Source of the DNA: Candidatus Hodarchaeota archaeon
GTDB taxonomy: Archaea > Asgardarchaeota > Heimdallarchaeia > Hodarchaeales > Hodarchaeaceae
Assembly: GCA_016840035.1 (NCBI GenBank)
Contig: JAEOTC010000122.1
Coordinates: 1 to 33,791 of the forward strand
Direction: 5' to 3'
Length of the DNA stretch: 33,791 bases
Part shown: in pieces, positions 8,023 through 16,384 of the stretch
Numbering within the stretch: position 1 is the first letter of the stretch
Layout of the letters: every line of letters begins with the position of its first letter
Made by a program: the position numbers and the translations under genes
The notes under the pieces: model-generated
What the model saw: only the letters and a program-made list of their open reading frames with translations
The model's database searches: none
Told to the model about the DNA's origin: nothing

Positions 8023-11000
8023 TCATAGAATTGCGTTTTGTCTTTTTCTTATGAATCTAAAGGAAAAAATGGCTGAGATTACCAAGAGGGAGAAAATTGA
8101 GGGGAGAAATATTGTAGGATCAATTATGCTTCTTGACCGCCTTGAATCCATTTCAAGCATTAGATCGATATAAAAAGAAATCGTATTTCCAGCCCAGTCT
8201 GAAATTGTAACGTTAATTTTTCCATTTTGAGAATAAGCATTCTGGAATTCAATCAGATGATGATTGGAGGTTAACTTTATAGGAGAATAATGGCTTCCTA
8301 AATAAGTACAGGTAATTTCCTTGACTCCTGAACTTAATTCTGGTTCTGAAGTAAAGAGATGGAGATATATATCATTATTATTTGAATCGAGATAGTACGA
8401 ATATTTCGGAGAAAATGGATCCATTATTGTAAACGTTTGCTCCGAGCTAATAGAATGTGTTTCGTCCGAAAATTTCAGTTCCATTGCCACAATAACTGTA
8501 GAATTCCACTTAAAATTCTGAAAAAATGCTTCAACAATATATGTATCATTCATAAGAGATTGAAGAGTTGTATTTCGACATTCTGAGACATATTCATCTT
8601 GAAGGGTATATATTACTCTAAACGAAAAATCAGCTGTTGTGGAAAATCGCCACCTTCCTATAATTGACTCGTTATATGCATAAAGTTCCTTTAAATTCGT
8701 CAATAGATCGATTGCTGGTACTTCAAAGTGAACTAAGACAAAATATTCTACTGCTACATTGCTAATAATACTTAGATTCCGCAGATAAAGAAAAGAATCA
8801 ATAATTTCTATTTCGAATTTCGATGTAATATCACGATTTAGGAAATCTCGAATATAGATCTCTTTCAATGGAAATTTAATGAAGTCTAATTCTAATACTA
8901 TACTATAATTCATGATTGTACCATTCGATAAGCATTCAATGTGGATTTCATAGCTTAATGAATCCTCTGAAACTGTGGAAAGGACAGTAGGCCCTTGGAA
9001 CTCTACAACTAAGGTATCATTAACAAATGGATTGGTTGAAAGATCCCAAGTAAGAGATTGATCGTTGACATCTAGTTCAAAAACAAAATCATTTCGTATT
9101 AAATAAGCAGTTATCGGTTTGTTTAGAAACTTATTAAGGGAAATATACCAAGAAGTTCCATTTATGGGATATGTAACATTGTATATATGATAAAAGGTAC
9201 TATTACTCTTGATAGGAGTCTTTCCAATTTTATCAATCAAGGGTTGAATTCTATCATAGGGGGTAGAATTGGTAGAGACTGATATTGAGGTTGTGTTCAT
9301 CTTGAGGATTTTGTCTTCAATCTGTGCTACTAGGATCATATTAAGAAGTTTTGAAGAATTAAAACCATTAGTGGGGATGAAGATATTTGCATAGCCGAAA
9401 TTATCAGTTTGAGAGTATTGCATTAGTGTATTGTTAATCCAGACCTTTAGATCTGCCTTACATAGCGGCCAATTTGTTCCTCCCTCATGTGGAGTTATAT
9501 ACATATTTACATGAATAGAAATATTATCATTCGGATTTAAGTTCTCTGGGATACCTTGAATATCCCAACTTACTTGTACAGGGAAGATCGTTAAATTAAT
9601 TTTCTTCGACGCATGAAAGTCTACACCGTTTGAGGCTATTATGGTTAGATTCCACTTTTGAGGTGGCCATATGATGTGATTCACGATTAGATTGTAAAAT
9701 CCGTTAGAAACCTCATCAAATTCATGAATAAAGTCGTTAAGAACTGCAATCACAAGTATATCTGAATTCAAATATTGTTGATGATTTTTATACAGAGAGA
9801 GGTTGATAAATAATGGATCATATTGAAAAACTTCCATATTCTCCGGAGTATGGAGTTTAATTTGATAATTTTCTATCTCTTCAGAGTAAATATGAACAAT
9901 CTGTTGATAAAATCCGAATTGATACTGTGAAGAGAGATTGACTAATAGATTGATTGCTCCGGTGGGAAATTGATCATCTAGATACCCCATTGGAAAAAGA
10001 AAACTGCCATTTAACATACAAACTGTCGTATCATAGTAAAAAATGGTTTGGTTCATCAAATAAAGATTCAATATACCAGGAATTGAATGTAGTAACTTCC
10101 CACTTATTTGAAACCATTCATTAGAGGAAATTATTGTTGGATTCGTTACAGTTTCTACATAATTAGGTGTTTCAAATCTTAATACAAGATAGTTATTATT
10201 TTCGGTCGAGAATCGATAGAAAAACCTGGTCACGTCATCTGGAGGAATTTCGGAATTCTCTAGAATCTCAAATGAGGCTGTATTATTGGAATTTTCGAGA
10301 AACGTCCAATCAATAGGTAATTTGAATAATAAGTGGCTTGAGAGAGGTAGAAGAAACAGATGAGGAATTGAAAGATTCATACTGATTTGTACAAAGGAAT
10401 TATTCCAGCTTAAAATACTTGGAGAGCAATATTCTTCATACGTTCTTGTAATTGTCAAATTGAATTGTGTCGATTGGTAAGAATTCCATAACGAGTTTTC
10501 AATTACCTGAATTGATACATTATCACTAAAAAGATCATATTTCAAGCTGACATTCTCACTGTGAATAATTACATCATTTATATGGTATGTAACTGAGCTT
10601 TCGTTGGGAAGTAAAGTAGAAGTGTAATTAATTCCCATAATATCAAGACTAACATCAAATTCAGGGATAAATGCGAACATATAGCAAAATACGGAATTGA
10701 TCTGTGAAAACATACTGTACTCTGAAGGGAGGAAATATCGAGTAATCAGATGAGAAATATTATAGGTATTTGTAATCCAATTAGATTGATCAGATTCGTT
10801 ACATAAAATATAGAGAGCATTTGAACCGGGTTTATATATACTAGGTTCAAGTGGATCTCCGAAGTGACTCCCTTTATCAGCAAGTATAAAGTTTAAAGAC
10901 CCGTTATTAAATCTCAATTCTAAAACTAATGAATGGACTTCATCGACCAATCTACTATCAAAAAATGGAATTCTATATCCAAAAGAAAACTTAGTCGAAT

Positions 11001-11553
11001 AATTACATAAGAAAGGATTAGTGGTTACATTAAAATCGATATTTGTAATTCCTGAAACTGGAGTTACATTATTTTCAGAAAAATTTAAGCGATAATGAGG
11101 AATTGGATCAGTAAGGTTTTTAAAAACTTCTACTTCCCCATAATCAGGTTCTACATTATTTTTCCAAGAAAAATTCTCATCTATGGGTACAGAATGTATG
11201 TTAAAAGACGAAGACTTAGGGGTTGACTCTAGAGAAATATTACTTGAATATGAAGAATTAAAAAAAAATAAATTCTTGCTAGTAAGATTGATACTAGTAC
11301 TCTGTTGGGTAGTATATGGAATCCGAATATCTTCGGATGTATTTGACAGAATTCTTGAGGAAATTCTTGGCCTTTTTTCACTATTGTCTGGAATGAAAGA
11401 TAACGTTTCTAATTTCTTTAATTTCGGTTTAGTTTCTGTAACATTCGCATTTGGGGGGCCGTTAAACAAGATAAATACAGGACAAATGATTATAAGAAGA
11501 ATAAAAAGCGATCTCCTTTCATACGAACATCTAAAAATAATAACAGACATCAA
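8023..11553 (-). CDS. Large membrane-anchored surface (glyco)protein, probably beta/Ig-like domains
   Basis: 1176 aa; N-terminal hydrophobic segment; C-terminal TM plus basic tail (RFIRKRQ); many N-x-S/T sequons; Ig-like strand motif VTISDWAGN near the C-terminus. Confidence 0.75.
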   Translation of the reverse strand: MMSVIIFRCSYERRSLFILLIIICPVFILFNGPPNANVTETKPKLKKLETLSFIPDNSEKRPRISSRILSNTSEDIRIPYTTQQSTSINLTSKNLFFFNSSYSSNISLESTPKSSSFNIHSVPIDENFSWKNNVEPDYGEVEVFKNLTDPIPHYRLNFSENNVTPVSGITNIDFNVTTNPFLCNYSTKFSFGYRIPFFDSRLVDEVHSLVLELRFNNGSLNFILADKGSHFGDPLEPSIYKPGSNALYILCNESDQSNWITNTYNISHLITRYFLPSEYSMFSQINSVFCYMFAFIPEFDVSLDIMGINYTSTLLPNESSVTYHINDVIIHSENVSLKYDLFSDNVSIQVIENSLWNSYQSTQFNLTITRTYEEYCSPSILSWNNSFVQISMNLSIPHLFLLPLSSHLLFKLPIDWTFLENSNNTASFEILENSEIPPDDVTRFFYRFSTENNNYLVLRFETPNYVETVTNPTIISSNEWFQISGKLLHSIPGILNLYLMNQTIFYYDTTVCMLNGSFLFPMGYLDDQFPTGAINLLVNLSSQYQFGFYQQIVHIYSEEIENYQIKLHTPENMEVFQYDPLFINLSLYKNHQQYLNSDILVIAVLNDFIHEFDEVSNGFYNLIVNHIIWPPQKWNLTIIASNGVDFHASKKINLTIFPVQVSWDIQGIPENLNPNDNISIHVNMYITPHEGGTNWPLCKADLKVWINNTLMQYSQTDNFGYANIFIPTNGFNSSKLLNMILVAQIEDKILKMNTTSISVSTNSTPYDRIQPLIDKIGKTPIKSNSTFYHIYNVTYPINGTSWYISLNKFLNKPITAYLIRNDFVFELDVNDQSLTWDLSTNPFVNDTLVVEFQGPTVLSTVSEDSLSYEIHIECLSNGTIMNYSIVLELDFIKFPLKEIYIRDFLNRDITSKFEIEIIDSFLYLRNLSIISNVAVEYFVLVHFEVPAIDLLTNLKELYAYNESIIGRWRFSTTADFSFRVIYTLQDEYVSECRNTTLQSLMNDTYIVEAFFQNFKWNSTVIVAMELKFSDETHSISSEQTFTIMDPFSPKYSYYLDSNNNDIYLHLFTSEPELSSGVKEITCTYLGSHYSPIKLTSNHHLIEFQNAYSQNGKINVTISDWAGNTISFYIDLMLEMDSRRSRSIIDPTIFLPSIFSLLVISAIFSFRFIRKRQNAIL

Positions 11554-11639
11554 AAGCTAGGTCCTACTTTTTTTTATATCTGCTTAAAAAGACTGAAATT
11601 AATTTAAAATAACCCAAGAATTTAGAAAATTTATTGTCT

Positions 11640-13103
11640 TCAAATAGATACAGTAAGGAATTGTCTTGAAGTCATGAATGCAATCAAAAACAGTAAAAAT
11701 CTTAAAAATCTAATTATTATGTCTTGAATTGATTTAGTTTTGAATTCAGGACTGAATTTAAAGGTTAATGGCAATATACTCATAATTAATCCAAGTAAGT
11801 AATAAATAGGGTCAAAATTTAAAACGGGATTAGTCTGCAAATCCGTTTCTACAACGGAACGAGAGATTAATTGAAAGAATGGGCTTGCTCCAGAAATAAA
11901 GGCTAATGAAATCAGAGAGAAAATCTGAATAACTGTGGTTTGCATTGCAGTCGCTTTAAGTCTGGCTTTTCCTAGCTGAAGTGATCTTCCTGTTCTGTTC
12001 AGTTCCTCTGTTATAGTATGCAGTTTTAAACCTGCTAGTCTAGTATCTATTTGGCTGAACTTCTCAGTAAGCTTCAAAATGTGTATTATTCTTGAGGGAA
12101 AAAGATCTCCTAGTACAGTAAGGTGTGTAGATGAGGAATCATTGATACCTAACCGAAAAGCTGTTAATGATTCTTTCGATGAAAGATTTAGGTTTTTCTT
12201 TGAATTTCTTAGATAAATGGAAAGCGATTCATTTATACTTCTGGTGTAGGACATCCCTGCAGATAAATTTTCACCATGAATTACTAAAAATTCTATCGTT
12301 TGTTTATCCATGAATGGAAGAATCAAAGATTGACTTGTAAGAATCGAAAGGTGTCTATCAGGTCGAAAGAAAATTGAACCAATTAAAACAATAGCTACCA
12401 GAATAAATCCAATGATATAATGAAGATGTCCTGAAAGTAAGAGAAAGCATATAATTACTGGAGGACACAAAAACACAAATCCAGAGTATAAAGAACCCCA
12501 AGTATCAATTTTATCGGTTTCTTCTTTGATATATTCAAAAAGATGGGAATTAATTAGATTCTTTGAATGTTTGGTGACTTCTGCTCCAGTTTCCCATGTA
12601 TCTATTATATTGAGAAAGATCCTTTGTAAATCCCCAGTAATTATGCTGTTTATTTGGAATACTAAGGCATCTTTTAATGGTGTACCATAATGAGATTCAA
12701 GTAGACTCTTCCTGAATAATTCTGAATAGATGGGATAATTTCCCGTAATAATAAATTTAGTTGCATCTTTCAGTGATTTTGAAGTTTCTAGGACAGTTAG
12801 TAGTTCATGTAGAACAAAAATTCCAATAGTCTCTGCTTTAATTACAAAATGTCTATAATCTTGCTGAATAAATAGGACCATTAAGCGTAAACTTACGAAG
12901 AGGAAAAGGATCTCAAGTATTAAAGTCTCGATCAATATCTCAGTCATTAATAATTGTGTGACTGTGATCCCGAAGAGAAAAATGACACAAAATAACAAAA
13001 TTCTTTCTATGCGGGCCCTACTAAGGTTATATTTGGTTTCCAAATACTGTGAGTAACTTAATGTGTCAAAGAATTCTAAATCCCCGAATAATAACTTTAT
13101 CAC
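11640..13103 (-). CDS. Type IV pilus/Tad platform protein, TadB/TadC (FlaJ-like, two T2SSF-type halves)
   Basis: TM pairs alternate with two cytoplasmic domains: LETSKSLKDATKFIITGNYPIYSELF...GTPLKDAL and EFLVIHGENLSAGMSYTRSI. A cognate ATPase lies ~750 nt away. Confidence 0.7.
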   Translation of the reverse strand: MIKLLFGDLEFFDTLSYSQYLETKYNLSRARIERILLFCVIFLFGITVTQLLMTEILIETLILEILFLFVSLRLMVLFIQQDYRHFVIKAETIGIFVLHELLTVLETSKSLKDATKFIITGNYPIYSELFRKSLLESHYGTPLKDALVFQINSIITGDLQRIFLNIIDTWETGAEVTKHSKNLINSHLFEYIKEETDKIDTWGSLYSGFVFLCPPVIICFLLLSGHLHYIIGFILVAIVLIGSIFFRPDRHLSILTSQSLILPFMDKQTIEFLVIHGENLSAGMSYTRSINESLSIYLRNSKKNLNLSSKESLTAFRLGINDSSSTHLTVLGDLFPSRIIHILKLTEKFSQIDTRLAGLKLHTITEELNRTGRSLQLGKARLKATAMQTTVIQIFSLISLAFISGASPFFQLISRSVVETDLQTNPVLNFDPIYYLLGLIMSILPLTFKFSPEFKTKSIQDIIIRFLRFLLFLIAFMTSRQFLTVSI

Positions 13104-13492
13104 AGGATAAATATTGAAATCCTCCTTATATATCGTTATTAGGCAAATTCATTCAGTCCCAGCATAATTAACGTGTTTAAAATAATTTATTCGGGAATTA
13201 AATACCTTAAGAGGTATAACCTTCAATTTTGAATGACAAATCCGATCGAATTTTGATCAAATCTTTCACAAAATCGCTTTTGGTTAATTGCTATTAAGAT
13301 CCTAAGAATTGACAGTCCAGAGAAGATCTGATGTTTATGCTTATTTAGCTCAATATAATTGAATTTAATCGTACATATCATCTTAAAGTACGGTTACAAT
13401 TTAATGATGAGGAATTATTTTTAATTTAGCAGGTGTTAAGCACTTTTCAGCTTAAATTTGGGTGTTTTTAATTATTTACAGCTTTTTGATAA

Positions 13493-13822
13493 TTGATGGA
13501 TTTGCCAGTCTTAGACGAACAGACAAAACAAATTACTACAAAGTGTCCAATTTGTGGTAAATGTGAAACAATAACTCTAAATCTTCTTGAATTAGAACAT
13601 GCGAGAATAAATCATTCTCTTCTTACTAAAGCAATACCTCATGTCAAAAATGGACATGTACTGACGTTATACATTGATGGAGAGGGACTTGTAAGAAGGA
13701 AATATTGTTTTGATTTAGTTCGGAATAATGTCATTAACATAGATAAGCTTACTCCAGGAAAGCTGGATAATCTGTTCGATAAAATGATTAAAGACTCAAT
13801 GCACAAAGAAAAACAAATTTAA
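13493..13822 (+). CDS. Small putative metal-binding protein (CxxC...H-x4-H...YID..G.VR)
   Basis: 109 aa with KCPICGKC and PHVKNGHVLTLYIDGEGLVRR; first gene of the ATPase operon. Confidence 0.65.
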   Translation: MMDLPVLDEQTKQITTKCPICGKCETITLNLLELEHARINHSLLTKAIPHVKNGHVLTLYIDGEGLVRRKYCFDLVRNNVINIDKLTPGKLDNLFDKMIKDSMHKEKQI

Positions 13823-13847
13823 TAAAAGAATTAGGGGATGATAACCC

Positions 13848-15185
13848 TTGCGGTTATATGATCTAGTAAAAATTCAAGATCCCAGCTCGCTAATTGATTC
13901 TTACGAGTTTCAATGCTATCAGACTACAATAAGAAAAAATTCAACCTCATCCATTGTTGAGTACTCAGTAAACTATAATAAGAAGGTTTTAAGGGAATTA
14001 ACAAATTTCAATGCTTATGAAAGACAATTAAAAGATGTGATCAAGGAATTTATTTTAAATTCTGAAGATTTTGTTACACTCGATTGTCTAATTTCGTTCG
14101 TGTCAAACATTGAAGATAAATTTTCAGACATTTCTATTTCTTTAAGAATAGCAGTCCTCCTCCGGATTCTTAATATGGAAAGAATTGGTCCTTTGTTAAT
14201 AGATGACCAAATTGATGAAATTTATTTGGATTCGAGTCAGTCATACGTTTATATTGATCATGTTCAATATGGGAGGTGTTCAACCCAAATCCGGCTCAAT
14301 AAACAAGAGATTGACTCTTTTATTAGTAGGATTACTCTTGAAAACGATTTCAACTTGAATAGAGAAAATCCAACCATGAAAGGAGAATTAATAACTAAGC
14401 TCTTTCATACAAGAATTACTATTGATATCCCGCCTCTATTAGTTGACGATATTCACCTTGATATTAGGAAATTTCATCCCAATAATCTCCAATTAAGAGA
14501 TCTTGTTAAAATTGGAAGTCTTACAAAAATACAGGGAAAATTCCTTAAGGAAATGATAAAGAATTTAATTTCAATATCAATTATTGGACCTCCTAATTCG
14601 GGAAAAACAACACTGCAAAATGCTCTAATAGAATATCTCCCTTCACATTTTAGACTTTTATCTGTTGAGGATGTTCTTGAATCTACAAATTTAAGAAAGG
14701 GAAATCAAATACGATTTAGACTGGGTTATGATCCAAAGGACACTAGAACTTATTCAAAGGCAATGGAAATCCAGAAATTATTGCATAGAAGCCCTGATTA
14801 CGTTAATTTGGGGGAACTTTCAACTGAAAGCAATTTTATCGCGTTTTTGAATGTTCTTTCTGTAGGTATTCCTTCAATTCAGACTATTCACGGTAGAGAT
14901 CCAAATTATTTACTTTTACGTTTACAGGATATTTACAAGATCCCTGTAAGTTTAATTAAAACTTCATTTCCACATATTTTTATCGAAATGGACACTATCT
15001 GGAATAAAAGCTTCCGAAACCGGTTTGTTGTTAGAATTGCAGAATTAACAACAGAAGGAACAATAGTAATCCTTTCTGATAGAGAAAGAGATGATACTGG
15101 TAATATAGGTATTAATAAAGACAATTCTACATCATTAGAATTTCTTGAATATCGAAAACATGAGTCTTTAGGACATTATGATTAG
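13848..15185 (+). CDS. Type II/IV secretion ATPase, TadA/CpaF/VirB11 family
   Basis: PLLIDDQIDEIY, LDIRKF, Walker A GPPNSGKTT, Asp box SVEDVLE, Walker B RSPDYVNLGE, partial His box QTIHG. Confidence 0.9.
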   Translation: MRLYDLVKIQDPSSLIDSYEFQCYQTTIRKNSTSSIVEYSVNYNKKVLRELTNFNAYERQLKDVIKEFILNSEDFVTLDCLISFVSNIEDKFSDISISLRIAVLLRILNMERIGPLLIDDQIDEIYLDSSQSYVYIDHVQYGRCSTQIRLNKQEIDSFISRITLENDFNLNRENPTMKGELITKLFHTRITIDIPPLLVDDIHLDIRKFHPNNLQLRDLVKIGSLTKIQGKFLKEMIKNLISISIIGPPNSGKTTLQNALIEYLPSHFRLLSVEDVLESTNLRKGNQIRFRLGYDPKDTRTYSKAMEIQKLLHRSPDYVNLGELSTESNFIAFLNVLSVGIPSIQTIHGRDPNYLLLRLQDIYKIPVSLIKTSFPHIFIEMDTIWNKSFRNRFVVRIAELTTEGTIVILSDRERDDTGNIGINKDNSTSLEFLEYRKHESLGHYD

Positions 15186-15353
15186 TTTTGTCCAGAAAAA
15201 ATTATCATTGATGTAAAAATAATAAGAAAAAAATTCAGAATATTGGATTGATATTTTGGTTTTTATAACCTTTCTTGAGAATAGATCCCAAAGATGTATT
15301 CGTTCACTTTCTCGATTAAGAAATATACGTATTTGTTTTCAATGAACGGAAAA

Positions 15354-15842
15354 ATGTCTCAAATTAGTGATATATTTGATATGAATCAGTTTGAAGGGAT
15401 TTCTTCTTCTGTTATTAACTTATTCACTGAAATAATTCCTATACTTTACACAATTGCCATTATTCTCTCAAATATTTCTTTGATTCTGGGAGGTTTAACG
15501 TTTCTATTCGATGAAAGGGAAGAAAACGGAAAAAAGATGATTTTTCGTGCACTCACTATTATTCTAGTATTTATCTTCGTATTTAATGATGTTTCTACAA
15601 CTAGCTTATTTTCTTCTACCGAATATGAACAACTTGAGTCATTCACATCATTCATTAGTATGTATTTAGTATTTATCCTTGCTACATTATCTTTAATCTT
15701 TCTTATTGGTAATTGTGGTTTATACCTGATAAATCAAGAACGAGTTTACGTTAAGAATATTAGAAAAAGCATTTTATGTCTTTTAGTCGTAATACTGCCC
15801 CTTGGTAATCACTTTCCTAAATTCCCTATTTGGAGTGTGTAA
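15354..15842 (+). CDS. Membrane protein with two TM hairpins, tandem VirB2/TrbC-pilin-like pattern
   Basis: ORF 15294..15842, start uncertain. Two repeats of hydrophobic helix-G-aromatic-charged loop-K-hydrophobic helix (ILGGLTFLFDEREENGKKMIFRAL; GNCGLYLINQERVYVKNIRKSIL). The CDS is well supported; the family call is tentative. Confidence 0.55.
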   Translation: MSQISDIFDMNQFEGISSSVINLFTEIIPILYTIAIILSNISLILGGLTFLFDEREENGKKMIFRALTIILVFIFVFNDVSTTSLFSSTEYEQLESFTSFISMYLVFILATLSLIFLIGNCGLYLINQERVYVKNIRKSILCLLVVILPLGNHFPKFPIWSV

Positions 15843-15846
15843 GACT

Positions 15847-16029
15847 ATGTTTGAGACAATGATTCTTCAGATAATTATGGAGATTATAACGATTTTTATC
15901 TCAATACCCTTTGGACTGGTTACTCTCACGTTTGGAGCTATAATCTATGTTCCAACTGGAATAAAAATTGGAAAGTACTCAATATTCTATGGTCTATTTG
16001 TTCTAACTCTAAATGCTTATCTAATTTGA
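15847..16029 (+). CDS. Small 2-TM protein, VirB2/CedA1-like hairpin
   Basis: 60 aa from ATG 15847, 4 nt after the upstream stop; TFGAIIYVPTGIKIGKYSIFYGL pattern. The family call is tentative. Confidence 0.5.
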   Translation: MFETMILQIIMEIITIFISIPFGLVTLTFGAIIYVPTGIKIGKYSIFYGLFVLTLNAYLI

Positions 16030-16384
16030 GAGCTGTGGGGGAAAAAATAATTAATGTTTAGACTAATCCTGTTTATTAGACGACTAGAACACTTTAATGA
16101 ATCAAAAGTTGTTGTAATACGAGCTAGTTGAATCAGGGAGAAGAAAGGACTTAGAGAAAATTATATTTTTTCCTAAGAAACAATTCTTCCGGATTAAGCT
16201 CCCCCTCAAAGTTTCGAAATCTTGGATGAGTCGAATCCTCTATGAAACTACATAAATCATTTTCAATTTTGCATTAGTTGATTAATGCTTACATTCCGAG
16301 CGAATACCTCCAATAAAAAATTTCTAATTATTCCCTGAATATATAATTCTTACTCAGCTGATACTATGACTGGGAGAAAACACT

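Noticed and set aside
11183-11560. 125-aa plus-strand ORF
   Set aside because: Lies antisense over the 1176-aa gene and has no recognisable motifs.
13202-13217. Inverted repeat ATACCT-TAAG-AGGTAT in the divergent promoter region
   Set aside because: Single 6-bp arms can arise by chance in AT-rich DNA; no second copy found.
6508-16384. Integrated mobile element at tRNA-Ile
   Set aside because: No integrase, transposase or relaxase, and no duplicated tRNA 3' end (att) seen before rpoA1.
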